DNA from: Dicyema japonicum
Lineage: Eukaryota; Animalia; Dicyemida
Direction of reading: 5' to 3'
Length of the DNA stretch: 64,000 bases
NCBI GenBank assembly: GCA_011109175.1
Contig: RDEW01000001.1
Span: 1,564,360-1,628,359, forward strand
Shown here: piece by piece, positions 24,295 through 38,672 of the stretch
Layout of the letters: each line of letters starts with the position of its first letter
Position numbering within the stretch: position 1 is the stretch's first letter
The notes under the pieces: generated by a model
Told to the model about the DNA's origin: nothing
Database searches by the model: none
What the model saw: only the letters and a program-made list of their open reading frames with translations
Position numbers and translations under genes: made by a program

Positions 24295-25945
24295 AGGATA
24301 GGTGCGAGTAATCAATGACATCCTTGGCAGAATAATTATCGATGAAAAGGACAAAGCAGCTACTATATCTGCTTATTACTATCATATGCTCAACTGGGAC
24401 AACGAAATAGGCTATAAATTTGGTGCACAAGTCAACCATGGTTTGGACATCCCAATAAACACACAAGAAACACTGGATCAATTAAAAAATTGAAAAATGA
24501 CTATAAAGTATGCCCCAGTGAAGTTGGTAACAATCATTACCAATATACTCAACAAAATATTTGAAGAAAACACTACGTTAGACATTGGCAAGGGTTGGTT
24601 AATTCCACTGCAAAAACCGGGAAAACCCAAAGGGCCCCTTTCCAACCTAAGACCAATCATCCTACTAACTACACTGCGAAAAATCTTGTCAATATTACAT
24701 TGGAAAGAATCAAAGACAAGGTGGAGTATTTTCTGTCACCAGGACAAAGTGGTTTCCGGTCAGGCAGATCCACTGCCGATGTCATTTGGACACACAGATG
24801 GTCAAGTGCTCTATGCCAAAAATATAAAAAGTGCATAGATGTTCTCGGAATAGACATGTCCAGAGCGTTTGACTCAGTTCATAGAGGCAAACTTCTTGAA
24901 GTACTCACAAGCTTCGTAACAACGGATGATGTCAAAATTATACAAAAACTACTGCAGAATACGCAACTAGCAACCAAACTCGGAAAAACTACTTCAGAAT
25001 TCTTTTATACTTCACGTGGAATTCCGCAAGGAGACTCTTTGTCACCAGTTCTATTCATAATCTACCTGGAGGCTGCACTGAGAGATTTCAGGCCTTTAAT
25101 TGAGAACAACAAAATAATCGAGTTAATATATGCAGACGATCTTGACTTTGTTTCTGAAGATGTTGAAATTCTTCATCACGTTCTCAAGAACTTACCAAAT
25201 GCCTTTTCTAAATGGTTCTTAGTTGTCAACCAAGACAAAACTGAATATACAAAACTTGTACGAGTTGTACGCACTTACGATGAATCATGGAGAAGGCATA
25301 AAAAAGTTGGTTCACTACTTGGAGACTCAGAAGATGTTACCCACAGAAAAATCCTTTCCACTGCTGCATATAAAAAATTCTTAACTATCTGGCGTTCTAA
25401 GAAGAGCATAACTACGAATACAAAGCTAAAATTGTATAAAACATTCGTGGTTCCAGTCCTGACATACAACTGTGGGACATGGGGGATTACGAAACGGGAA
25501 ATGGACAATCTGGATCAATTTCATAGAAATCAACTAAGAAACATCTTGAGAATACATTTCCCGAAAAAGATATCAAATTCAGAACTGTACAAAAGATGTG
25601 GCTTAAGGCCATTATCAGAGGAGATTCTCAAGGCTAGGTGGAGACTTTTTGGTCACATCTTACGAATGGATATGTTGACTCCACCAAACATTGCAATGGA
25701 GAACTATTTCGCACAACTGAAGGGATCATTCCGTGGCAGGCCTAGAGTGACGTTGCCTTCAGTACTAAATGATGACCTAATCCGAATAAACAAAACTCTA
25801 CGAAATGGTGAAGATCTTGACTCACTACGAGCAATGGCCCGGAACAGGGGAACATGGAAGAGAATGTGTGGGAGGATACTGGACGACAAGGGGAACTTAA
25901 TTAATCTAATTAATTTTTGATTTCCCGGGAGTGCTTAAAAAAATA
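24295..25945 (+). mobile_element. 5'-truncated RTE-clade LINE with a largely intact RT
   Basis: ORF 24595..25920 contains QSGFR, AFDSV, GIPQGDSLSP, YADDL, RWRLFGHILR and RGRPR. A-rich tail. Confidence 0.93.
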
Positions 25946-27309
25946 GAGGGCAGAAGAAGGAGATCTTATCCCTCATAGAGAAGACTAGGAGAGCAACAAT
26001 TAAGCTTTCCTTAAACAAAAAACTGAAAGACTGTCTAAGCGAAGACGAAACCAAGCTGTTAGAACGATTAGCAAGATTGTGGAGGATCGGATCAATGGTT
26101 TCAGGAGATCAAAGATCCAGGACACGTATATAAAGCTGGTAGAAACGTATGAAAAAAAATAAAAAAAGAAGTAAGGGTCCAGGTGTGGAGTCCAAGCCTT
26201 ATGGTAGGACTCAGATGTAATACCCTCCAGAAAACTCCTTAACTCTTTTGTTAATAAATCGTTATTATTATAGAGGGCCAATGGCCATCATTTAATTAAA
26301 ATGTGCTGTCAAATTGTTGTCTTTACTGTATTCACTCTCAATTGACGTCTATACTACTGAATTCACTATAACTCTATACTGACCGACTAACAAAAAGATT
26401 TGGTAGAAGTATGCTGACTAATCTGGAAAGGTCTCAAATACAAACTCAGAGAACGATATTTTTGGTGAACGATCATCTAAAAGAGAATCTCAGTTTAATG
26501 AAATTTCCTAAATTGATGCTTTCCGTGAGAGATAATTAAGAAATTCAGTATCAAGTGGAACTGGTTATCGACTTAGAAGAGGTTGAGAACTATATATGAA
26601 ATTTTGCTAATCAATTCACGGTTAACGAAGGGTCCGGAGTTGGAAAAGGTTAAAAGTTCATTTCCATAAAGTTAGATATAAATGACATATTAGGAATCAA
26701 ACCACGATGTTGCATCAATTTGCATCATCAGGAGCCGGTAAAGGTTTCATCAGCTGTGGAGAAGGCTAAAGGAAGGAATACCTAAGACTTATTGACCAGA
26801 GATTGCCGTCGAGACCAAAATGGTTTGCAGGAGATTTGGACGAAATAGGAAACAAATTATATAGCAATTAATCATGCAGGCACAGGGCCAAGTGGTATTC
26901 GATCTTAATAAGTCAAGGGATTTCTCTGGTGCTTGTCAGAGAAACAGCCCTTTCATAAAAAATGGATTATTTTGAATGTTATACAAATTTTTTACTTCTT
27001 AACAGTTTAAAAAATCACTTTATAAAGATAAAAGGGTCACGAGCACGGCGGGCAACGCAACCCAACACAAAAAATTTGCTTCCGGAATCTCTTGATAGCG
27101 ATTCCGTGCAAGTAGAGTAGACATGCAAACCACGAGGTTAAAGCCCTTTTTTGCTGGGAAGGTTTTGGAAATTAATGTAATATTTCAAAAATATTAAATA
27201 AATAATGATTTTTAGAATCCTTATATTTTATTATTATAATATTTAATATATTCTTTCTGTATTTGTTCATAGTAATAAATAATAAATAAATATTTTAAAA
27301 CTATTTTCT

Positions 27310-28625
27310 CTTTAGTAGGTGTTCGATTTAAAGATTTGACGAAGAGACGCACTTTTTGTCCGGACATTCAAAATTATGGCGGATCGGTATGTTGCCTGCA
27401 GGAAACTTAGAAGGCAGACGGATTGTACGAGGAGCATGGAAAATGTGTTAATGCTGCTTCATTCGGATTCGAGACACTATGGTCAAGAATTTGCTATATT
27501 GTTACATGTTTGTACAATACTGGAAATTTACTGACAGGATCTGTGTATTGCAATTAAAAATGGATCACGAAGAACTTGATCATTAATTCGGAAGACCTTG
27601 ATCATTTCCAGTCTCTCCAGAACAGAATAAAGAAACTCAACATAAACTGGGAAAAAATGCTGAACTATAATAATAGAAAAACTCCACCAGAATGTATAAT
27701 CCAATGCGGATGATAAACCGCAGAAAGCTGGTACAAAAAATACAAAAAAATAAACCTTTGGACGCTAAAGGAAAAATTCTAATATCCCCCATCGACCGAG
27801 TAGAATTCATAGCGGCCTTTGAAAATCTCCTAAATGCTCATGGAAAAACTTACGATTATGTACATGGGCATTCCACACAATCAGAAAAATCAATTACCTT
27901 TGAGCAAGTCGTAAGAGCAATGGACGAACTGTAAAATAATAGTTCCCCCGGACAAGATAACATCAACTCAGAGTTCCTAAAATATGGACCCCTATGTTTG
28001 CCAGAAAGGAATACCTATGTTTGGCTTGGACTACCAATCCCTTCCAGAAACCAAACAAGCCAGCTGGTCCAGTGTAAACCTACGTCCGATGATCTCGCTC
28101 AATACTCTACATAAAGTCTAGGCATTGGTTACACTGAACCGCGTTAAAGATCGAGTGGACGACTATTTCGCACAAAGTCATAGTGGATTCAGGACAGGTA
28201 GATCAACCACGGATATAGTATGGAGCCACAAGTGACGCTGCGATGTAAACCAAAGATACCAAAACAAAACTACAATCCTTGTAGAAGAATTCATCTATGC
28301 TGACGACGTCGACTTCACATCGAGAGATGGATCATCCTTTAATCGCCTATTGGAAGTAGCTCCAAATGAATCCACAAAATGGTACCTAACCATGAATGCT
28401 CGCAAATCGGAAATAGTTGACAGCGGAAGAATGGAAGGAAGATCGGATGAACAATGGAGAAAGGCCAATAAGCTTTAATCCTTATTTGGAGACAGTGAGG
28501 ACATTGTTCGAAGAAACTGGATGACTTGAGAGAGGTTGCGCATGACCGCGGAAGGTGGAATCGCTTAGTTTGTTTGATAGTTTCTAACACCACGCGGGTG
28601 AAACTACATTATGGTTTTTCGTATG
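27310..28625 (+). mobile_element. Degenerate RTE LINE with internal deletions
   Basis: VACRK..T near the APE start, then SSPGQDNI, LRPISL, HSGFRTGRST and IYADDVDF. Confidence 0.8.
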
Positions 28626-29559
28626 CTGCTTTAATAATAGCTAGACACCTATGCAGGCTTCACGTGGTCTAGCTCCTGTGGAGGGCCAGTCGCAAGTAGA
28701 GTTATTTCTTCCTCATTAGCAAGTTCTTCCAGTTTTTTTTGGTACACATCCAAAACAGGATTTTGCATGATATCTTCATTAGCAAATGAATCAAGACATT
28801 TTATTTCCCTGTCTTTTTGAAACTATTTTTTATTGTGCCTTCTTTTATTTTATTCCATGCGTGAAATAACTTCCGTAAATTCACTAAAAAAAATTTTCAT
28901 AAAGTTCTTGATTATTCCTACATCCGACGATCTCGATGAACAAGGAGAACTTGTGAAAAAGAGGGGACCTTGGATGATACTGGTTCAAAGAGTGGTTGGC
29001 GCGCCACAAAGGAACCTTAATTGACTTTTTGAAGCAGTCTTATATAAGACGATTAACAGAGAGCAGTTTGACTGGCTTACCTTTATAAACTGTCATTCTG
29101 GAAGCAAGATCTAAGACTGTTCAAAAGACCCACCAGTTAAACCAGTGGTCATGGGAGGATGGTTCTAGTCATTTGTCTCAAAAGGGCAGGAAGATTTTCT
29201 CCAAAATTAAGACTCCACATAAAATCGCTGAACAATAAAATAATTGCTAAAGAATTCAAAATACAGAGAACAAAATGTACACGTGTTCTTCGGCCCTCAA
29301 CCGCAATAATTCGACAGTCAAAGTCGAAAAATAATTAGTAACATTTCAAGGGCAGTTGAAAGGCTATACGACAACTGCAGCCAAAGGGACCTAAATGCAT
29401 GGCAAAATACTATGTAAAAATCTCGCACAAAGACTATAGAAAGACGGAAGCATTATTAAGAAAACCCAAAAGGGGATTCATTGTCATCTTACTTTTCTGA
29501 AAAAGAAGTGAAGGAAATCCTGAGACAGACCAGGTTAACACATTCACATAGGCCCGATG

Positions 29560-30372
29560 AGATTACTACCATACTTCTGAAAAATCTGGGTACCGAGGGA
29601 ATTTCAACATCTCTATAATTGGTCTATAAATTACAATTCGATTCCTAGCAAACATCTGGCCCATATTGAAAACGGGAAAACCGAAAAAGGACCCGACTTT
29701 CTTCAGACCAGTTTCACTTCCTTCCAAAATATTGGAAAAGCTCGTCTTTTTGAACATCAAGGACTTTATTCTGACAGACAGTTCAAGCATGGATTTAACA
29801 AAGACCGCTCAATCACCAGTCATCTAATCTCCCTGAGCTACATCATTCACTCTAGCTTCTTCAGCAAACCCAGTTATCAGGAGACCGTTCTAGGCACAGT
29901 GGATATATGTAAAACCTTCGACGATCTTCTCTTGGCTTATGCAAACGACATTGTTTTAGCATCACGGGATTAAAACGCCCAGGTAGCCACGGAGAGACTA
30001 CGACGTCGCCTGAACCGTTTACTTTTGTGGCTGATCGAAAACTGACTGACAATCAGCCCTGAGACATCCATTACATCCCTATTCACCTCGGACAAAAAAT
30101 GTCAAATAAGTCAATTGAAATAGAAGTGGATGGGAAAGCATTGCCATTCAAGAAATGACAAAAAATCCCGGGAGTGATCTTCAATACATATTGAAGATCA
30201 CATTTCCCATGCATGTGCCTCATGGGGCCATCGATCTCTTGGACTAATGCTTAGAAAATTGAGGTACTTAAAAATGCTTTTGAAGTGACAAAGAAGTGGT
30301 CTAATGATGAAAAGAACATGATGCCGACACCAAAGGAGATCCTAATCCGAAGGGTTAATAATAATAATAATT
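29560..30372 (+). mobile_element. Degenerate LINE RT fragment with (TAA)n tail
   Basis: FRPVSLP, QFKHGF, AYANDI and KIPGVIFN remnants. Confidence 0.65.
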
Positions 30373-30443
30373 TAAATTATAATTAATATAATAAAACCAA
30401 TAATAAAATAAATAATTGTAATTATTAGATAATATTACACAGA

Positions 30444-32377
30444 ATGCCAAATATAAAAGTGAAATCTAGATCTGGAGTATATTACTTCAATGTTGGAGAA
30501 TCAGTATCTACTTGCTAATATGTAGACATCCGTTGAGGAATTTAAAGCAATCATATATAACACTGTCGTATACAAAGTTCTTTTCATTCATAGAAAATCA
30601 AACCGGAATTTCAACGACTCGTCTACATGGGACGAATTCTCGATGGCTCCGAGCTTCTCAGTTCTATCGGTTCATACTTTCTAAAATACACCTTTCCATC
30701 CCCCATAATCCATCACAGTTTCTTTAAATTTAGGTGACCGAATCGACCTGACTCTCCACAGCTTAGTACCCCCTCGGTCTAATACATCCTGTTTTTCATT
30801 CTCTGAAGAAAACTTGAACCGACAAGATTTTGTCTCCTATATGCCTAGTCGAGAATTCTTTGAGTTGAATCATCGCATATATATTCTCCTAAAATTGCTA
30901 GAATCAGCCGACCGTGTGTTGACTCTCCTAGAAGTTATTGACTTGTGATTCCAGACTAACAACGACCAAGATTCCTTTTCTGACTTTGACTATATGATTG
31001 GGGAAACGATGATTCACTTTAATTACGACTCAGAGATCACTTCAATGTATATAAGACGATTCTCTCCCTTGCAGTTTTATAATTCCATAATCAATGACAT
31101 TTCGCGTATCAGGTTTTAGTTGTGCCTATTTTAGACGGACTCGGATTTCCATGGTATTCGATCTTGACGTGATGGCTTTCAAACTACAGGAACGGTATAG
31201 TTACGTCATCGACTTCCACTACAGGGACATTATTTCTGGGAGATGTGTGAGCTCTCGTGGTGAAGTTATGAGTTTAGGTAAGGGATGACGTATTGGAGAA
31301 GTACGAGTCTCGAAGAACTCGCTTCTGTCATTACATGTCCCACATTGCCCATGGATTAAGTGAATTTATAATCATTTCTGTCCCGAATAATGGACCTCGT
31401 CTTCTCTCTCCCCAAGACTAGACCGACCGAGAAGGGAGACGCCACTAGCTGAAGTCAGGTTTATTTAAATATTTCAGACAAACATAACCGATTATAGTCC
31501 CCCACGTTCTCGTTTTAGTCCTCGAGTTGGTTATCATGTAATCTACCCAATCAATTACGTTTCAAATTTTCATATTTCGATGTAGACTGGGATTCGAAGG
31601 AAAAACGCTTCAAGAAGGCATGACTCCGACAGCTCCTTGGACCCATCCGACTATTCGGACAACAGCTATTCCGTTCATGTCAATGAATATTCTAGGATTT
31701 CAAGTTATACACACTCCCCTATAGACTTGATGCCTCCACCAATTCCTCAAGTTCTCTTTGAGGTTTATGTTAGTTCGTCGTATACCGGTGGATCCCTATT
31801 TGACATGCTCTCTATGCTTCTATATGTTCCAGTCTGATGAGGTACTTAAATTCTAATCTACTAGACTTTACGATCTGTGTCTAAGCAACCTCAGGTCTCA
31901 TCAGCCCCCCGGGATTATCGTGGCGAAACCAGTGTCGATGTTCAGGAGGATACCCCAGTTGACGATTCTTGTTAGAAACAATCTCCTCATGTCCATTGAT
32001 TTTTAATTTAAGGATTCCGAGTCACTAACCGACGCTATAAAAAGGACTGATTTCAGCCCTGAAGTGTCCCCTCTCACTGGAGAGCAGAAAACTAACGGTT
32101 CTACAAGAAAGATGTCCTCAGAATCGGTAAAAGTGGTATTTTATTGTTAATAGGCGATCGAAGGGGAAGTCGAGCAGAGCAATGTCCTTTCGGCTGAAGA
32201 TTTATTCTCAGTTATTAAATCAGCCATGGAAGAAATGAAGATTGAGCCATATGAGTCATTATCGAGTATTCAGTCGTCCTCGAATATGACGAATCTATTC
32301 TGAATAGCTTCAATGCTTACATCCAAGACAGAATATGGGGGAGAGTGAGTGACGGCAAAGAGCCAGACTCTGAATAA
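30444..32377 (+). CDS. N-terminal ubiquitin-like domain protein, BAG6-like, multi-exon
   Basis: The spliced N-terminus MPNIKVKSRSGVYYFNVGES-TSVEEFKAIIYNTV-KIKPEFQRLVYMGRILDG is a UBL. The middle is Pro-rich, and the C-terminal FNAYIQDRIWGRV resembles the BAG6 C-terminal domain. Internal exons are not fully resolved. Confidence 0.6.
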
Positions 32378-32399
32378 CATTGAGTTTTTTCTTAGCTTT

Positions 32400-35300
32400 G
32401 TTAATTATGTAATCCACATTTCCCTGAATTTTAAACCTCAGGGATTCCGAGCTACAACTATTTTGCTTCACCGTCTACGTTCTCATCTCGTCCAAGCTAA
32501 GTGTCATGTCGTAGATCCACGAAATCGAGGCAAGGTGATATTTTTGATTGTGCTCATGTTCTCGGGATCGTGCTGATATTGGGTTTCCGAGTTTTTTTGA
32601 AGAAATCATAGAACGAAAGTCTGAGGGCACCAGAAGTTTCACAGGCATCTTCAGTCCAAAGAGAAGGGAGACACAATTCGGATTGAATCGTCTTAGAGAA
32701 ATGCCTCCAAAATTCCAATTAGGCTGGCAATGAGTCATCCCCACTTTTGTGGGATGCTCTGAATAGCAGGCATAGATGATGGTGCTGGTTTGAATATTCC
32801 AGAAGCTTATCGAAAGATCTCTGGCATACAACATCAACCAGGCTTCGCTGCAAATCTTTGGAAGAGAGATGAGTAGTCACTGGTCCTAATCTTCAACGCA
32901 ACGGAATAGAAAAAATGAAGCTTTTTTTGGGAGAAAAAAATAGGGAGCCGTCCGAAACGATTAAGTCCCTCGTTGAGGAGGGAATGTATTTTGCACATAA
33001 TTTTCGAAGTAGAACCAAGGAAAACAGCATCTGAAGTAGAAATACCATTTGATGTGCAGTCTACATCTAAGATAGGGCAGAAACAGTATATAAATGAGTT
33101 AAACTAATGAAACAGTCGAAAAATCGTGGTTACAACCAGAATGCACGTGCAGGTAAGAAGTTGTTGATAAAGAACAAATGTATGAAGCAGGGAGAGAGCT
33201 AATTGTGTGAATCAAGCACAATTGGGCTTACTAGAGTTATCTAATATGGTTTGTATTTCCTGCTAAAGTCGTTCTACGTCGACGACTAAGCAACCTTGTG
33301 AAATTTCTATCAATCCTATATTTCTGGAATTTTTGTTCTACAGTCCCTAATCTTCTGCATTTTCTTCAGTTAGCTTAACGTTGTATGTCAAAATCCTTGG
33401 GTTCAATTTGGTGGATTGCGATTAGCTAAGAAATCGAGAATCATCCTTTCCACTGACCAAGAACAAGAATAATTAAAAGATTTTCAAGTAATTCATGATA
33501 AAAGAGAATCCTCTCAATAAAGAAGGTCATTCGGATTGGAAATCTCCCGCCAGTCGAAATTGTTCTAACGAGGCTATTTTGGTGGAAATTGGTACCTTGA
33601 AAGTTTTCTTAGTGGGAATTTTTCTTGGAAGCTACGATCGAGCGATTTGAAAAAAGGAACAGATTACCATTATGAAAGTGTTAATGTCTAACATAAGTGA
33701 AGTCCAACTTCCTGTTAGATTGGAGTTTTTTAAAAGTCAGAGCCGAGTGGTACAAAAAGTCATAGATTCAGTGTTACGGATGTCAAGGTTTTGACACATA
33801 GCTCGTAGATGTGAGAATCAAGCGAAGAGTTTAACATGAGGGGAGTGTCAAATTATGAACTGTTGTTTTGAAGACCACCTGGCTAACTACGTGAGAGAGG
33901 ACAAAATAGTCATGAATAATCTGTTAAAAGCTGTCACCAACAATGAAACGGGCAAAAATCCGGAAAATATAGTTATTGGGACGGGCTAGTTGGTATACAT
34001 TGCCATGCGAAAACAAAACAACATTGGAGTGCAGAGTTTGGATCCTGTTAGTGAGTCTCGTACCAAATCCTTGATAAGCTGAAACTGTGTGTTAAAGATC
34101 CCAAGACGGAATAATGATAATTTTTTACTCAGACTGGTGGCGCTCCTAAAGAGGATTTCCTGATTAATGCCATCTCTCTTAGAAAGCGGGCAGCAGACCT
34201 GTTAGCTCCTACCAAGGCAAATGGATTTTCTAATAATTTATGAAAGAAAGGCCTGGATCAATCTCAATCCCTGGATATCACTCACATTCCACGGAGACCA
34301 AGTGCCGGCATCTCGCTTTATTACAAAATTACTACTTGAAGACAAAGGATTCAAAGGACACTATATGCGAATTAATGCGAACTGGAAACAATTATTGGTG
34401 GATAACAATCGGAGAAATCTATGGGGATATTCGTGGATCATAAAGATTTCATGAGAATAACGTGAATCCTGCTCTAACACAAAGCATGTTGAATGCTGTT
34501 GTGTTAAGTCAGAGATTGAATAGAATCGTTTCAATCATTAAATCTCTGAGAGATCGGGGAATATTCATAAATCGAAATCGTGAATACTGATATTTTTGAT
34601 TATTTTGAAACTGTTGGAATATGGTCTCCAAATAGGAAAATATGGGATCTACGACATAGAAGGGAATTGAGGAGATAATGTTCTAGTGTAATCCGAGTTT
34701 TTGGAAAATTTTCTCATAGATGTGTGGCTCTGGTGAAGAGATACACCTCACGTCTCGAGAAAATTCTAGGATCCTACAATAAGTTCCGGACGTGATACGA
34801 GAACTCTTCGCAAAAATTCATGAGGTGCATCCTAAGTCTATTATTCCATTGGATTTTCAAGACGAATTTGGTGGCCGGTAGATAGTCTCTTCAATTGAAG
34901 GACCTTTGTCTGGACTCAATTCTTTAAATGAAATGAAGCTTAGCCGGAAGAATTTTTTCGGTAAAGAGTCGTCCATAAAATATAAAGAAATTTTTGTTTA
35001 GAAGAGGAATACCACAGGGATCTGTTTTAAGTCCACATAAACAGTTAACAAGTTTCTTCAGTCAAGGCTGCTCTCAGAATTGAAAACGCATTTCCCCTGA
35101 TGATCTGTAAGGAAATGTGCTCAATAAGCCCTTAACTGTGTGATGAGTAAAATACTTCCTGCACGAAAATGCCCATATATGCAGATGACATACTTTTGTT
35201 GATTTGAGCTTAAGAAAAGGGTACCAAGCCATATTGGGAAAATTAGCTAATGGTGCTGTGACAATAGACTGTTTTATCCCTTGAAAATTTGTCATTTCTT

Positions 35301-35700
35301 GGATATACACAAAGAGACCTAACGTTTTTGTGGATACGACCAAAATCGAGATCTTATAAGACCTAATTACCTGTGTGGATCAGAACGGGAACCTCTTTCA
35401 GATATACCAGGGATTATTTAAAAGTGAATATTAAATTCTTCAGAATATTGACTTTATTATTAACCCCTGATACACAGAGAAATGAGTTAACGACTAATCA
35501 AGTGTATCCAGTTTTAACTGTCGCAGAAGCATGTTCCTTCCAATATCAAACAAGTTCATCCAGAACCAGCATAAAAGGTGAAGACGTATATTCTTTGCAG
35601 CAAAATGATCCTACTTCGTGCCACCCTGGCACTGGGACAGATAGATCACATGATTCCACTCTCTGGAAAGGGGAGTAGAAGAACATAATAAAAAACAGAA
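32400..35700. other. Unresolved mosaic, probably decayed retroelements (and possibly a gene)
   Basis: Minus-strand LAGDF and YRIDR (APE-like) at about 33300-33560, RT-like remnants at about 34200-34600, and a CRE-like C-terminus at 35067-35130. No coherent ORF. Confidence 0.3.
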
Positions 35701-35798
35701 ATCATCCAATCAAGAAACATAGAGCATTACGATAAAGTTGGCATCATCGGCCTATCAAATTATTGAACATATTTTTTTAATTGACTTAATGTGTTGAA

Positions 35799-36343
35799 TT
35801 AATTATTATTTAAGCCAAAAAAACACCTTCTTAAGGACCGTGACCTCACACATTTTCTAAACGGACGGTGGTCTTTTATCCTTCCTTTTCTGAAATTGCC
35901 TCTAGTTGCCTCTATGATAGACTCAAGTGTTCTGGGGACAATTTCTCTATCCGTATATTTTTCCAGTAAATTGATTGCTTTTGACTGGATCTCTTGAATT
36001 TTTATTAGGTTTTTTACCGCCAGGTTAGATCCCCACGGAGCACATGCATAGACTATTGTTGGCTCGATATACTGCTTGTAGAGGGTCCCGACACTGGGAT
36101 AAATTCTTCCACAGTTCCAAAGGAAGGCTTTTACAATATTGATCTTCTTTGTACAGGTTGATATGATAGATTCCACATGGGCTGAGAAGCAGAGGAAAGT
36201 ATCAAAAGTTACTCCCAGTATCTTTTGCGATTTCTTTTGTGGTGTAGGTACTCCATTTAACTGACATCAATTGTTTGCGTTCCCATCTTTCTATTCTTAG
36301 TGAATAGAGTACTGCTGACTTCCCGGAACATGCATTTAATCGA
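35799..36343 (-). mobile_element. LINE 3' fragment
   Basis: KILGVTFDT, LYKQYIEPTIVYACAPW and a (TAA) tail. Confidence 0.85.
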
Positions 36344-36796
36344 ATTAATTATTTCCTGTACGTCTAAAGAATATTTACGAAAAATTTAAATTTAAATTGC
36401 CAAATTATAATTATTATAATTATTTATTATTTAACCCCCAAAAAAACACAACAAAGGTTTCAAGTGATCTCGGTTATCTTTAACAAGCGCCAGTGGTTTA
36501 TGCAATGCTCCTCCATAGTTCCCGTTGCTTTGTATTCATACTTTCGCTTCTCTCTCAGTATAATTTGAAGAGGTGTGGGGTTTCTTTTGAAATTTACGCG
36601 TTTTGATAGCTTCTACGCTACTCGAAAGATCAGATTCGATATTTCAGAGAGTGAGGAATCTTAATGGAGTCTTCAAAAACTAAGTTGGTCTCCAATCCTA
36701 ACAAAATAATAAATTAAAAATTCTAATAAAAAATAAACAAATTAAAAATATTTAAAAACAAAAATAAATTTATTAGGATACACTTTGAATAAGTTA

Positions 36797-37896
36797 ATGT
36801 CGCACTTCATCCGTCCATCAATTGGGACTATTTTCGTCAAGTATTTAAAAAATCATAGAGTATGTTCTTGTGTGAATATTAACTATTTTTCGCAAAAGTC
36901 ATTCAAAGAGAAATTTGATAGTAAATTAGAAATATATTTGAATTTAATTCGTTTCAAAAAGCCAACAGGTACTCTCACTAGGTATTTTAGGTTTCTTCGT
37001 AATCCTCTTTCCTTCACTGTGGGGATTGGCCTTGACAGCCCATCCGGGGACTCTATGTGACCCTCTCCTGGCCTTTTACTTCACGGCGGGGTCATTCCTC
37101 CTCAGAGCCTCTGGCTGTATTATAAATGATTTGATTGACAAGGACTACGACAGGAACGTATGGCCTTATGTGACCTTTAGGTGAAGAGGACGGCCAATCG
37201 AGCCATAGCCAGGGGCTCTGTCTCCACCTTTAATGCCCTTTTGATACTCTCCGGACACCTTTCTCTGGCTCTGTCTATTTTGCTGCAGTTTAGCCTCCAA
37301 AAGTGAGAGTTTGAACTTATTTCAGCATTATTCTGGGATCTTTCTCTTTATTTCTTGTTGTTTTGTACCCCTTTATGAAGAGGATAACCAACTGGCCCCA
37401 AATATTTCTGTGTATTCGCTTATTAGTCATATTTAGCCCTCACTGTTAACTGGGGAGCCCTGCTCTCCGTCTCTGTTGCTCAGGGGTCGTGGGATCCCTT
37501 ATTTGCACTGCCTCTGTACTTTAGTGGAATATTCTGGACCTTGATATATGACACTGTTTATGGACAACAGGACAAAAAGTATGATGTCATGATTGGGGTC
37601 AAGTCGTCCGCCATTTCGCTAGGGGGGAACATAAAGTCCTTCATATCTGGTTCTGCACTGTGCATGAATTCAATTTTATTAGCAACAGGCTTATACCATG
37701 AATTGGCGATCCCTTTTTACTGTTTTCTGGGATTTTCTTTTGGTCTGCAAGCTGCTTTGGTCGTTTTAGCTGTGATTTTTAGATAAAATCAGTCAATATT
37801 GATGATCCACGAGATTGTGGAGTATTTTTCGATAAACAGCCAATTGTTGCCGCCTTAATTTTATTAGGTCTCTTGTCTGGCAATTATTTTTCATGA
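36797..37896 (+). CDS. COQ2: 4-hydroxybenzoate polyprenyltransferase, multi-exon
   Basis: KKPTGT, LRASGCIINDLIDKDYD-VKRTANR, NWGALL, WTLIYDTVYGQQDKKYDVMIGVKSSA and NIDDPRDC. Tiny introns. Confidence 0.9.
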
Positions 37897-37959
37897 TTTT
37901 GTTTAATTTAAAAAAATAATAAAAAATTTAATTTTTTAGAGTTTCTATACATTTCACAT

Positions 37960-38360
37960 ATTAAATGAGAATAGTTCAAAACTGTGCATTTGAATATTCC
38001 TGTTCTACCTGGAGATTCGCTCTTCCCCCTTTGAGGGTCGAGCGTATGAACTCTCTCAGGCGGAAGATCATGCGGAATATGCAATCAGACACCATATCCA
38101 TCCCCAGTCTCTTTTCAGAGGCGGAGGCGTTTAACAATGGCCAGTTCTTCCTGGATCTGCAAGGAGCTAAGAAAACCATTCGGAGAAAGTGTGGCCCAGA
38201 AGGATGAATTCAGATCGACAATAAAAAAGTGCACTCAGATAAAATTCCCCTGCAGGCATAAAGGAGACACTTCCGGAGTGCAGTTGGTTCGCTGTCGGAG
38301 GCTGGGATCACCTAATTAGCGAGTTATTACTTAATTTCCTGGTGGTCTTGGGTTAAAAAA
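37960..38360 (+). mobile_element. LINE 3' fragment
   Basis: FEYSCSTW; ends EAGIT* followed by the stem-loop and an A tail. Confidence 0.8.
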
Positions 38361-38672
38361 TGGTGGGACGTAGTATTACTGAAAATCTGAATGGAGAAAT
38401 TGACGTGGATAATCGACCTATATTTTTTTCAAATGGAGATTGGAATCACTTTCAATGTTCCCATTTCTACATCATAAAAATGGGTTAAAGGGGGTTTATA
38501 AGTGATGCACGTGGGGGAACTATCGCACAAGAGTTACTGAAAAACACAAGATTACAACGATCAGATTTGATGAATCCAATCCCCTGGCAACTCTTGGAGA
38601 TATTGTTGATGAACTTAAATGATTAAATGACCTTTCTGTTTCGAAGAAGACTGTTACGAGGTATCTCTACAA

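Noticed and set aside
32548-32840. RhoGAP- or WD40-like gene
   Set aside because: Only weak motif resemblance on either strand, and I could not build a consistent exon chain.
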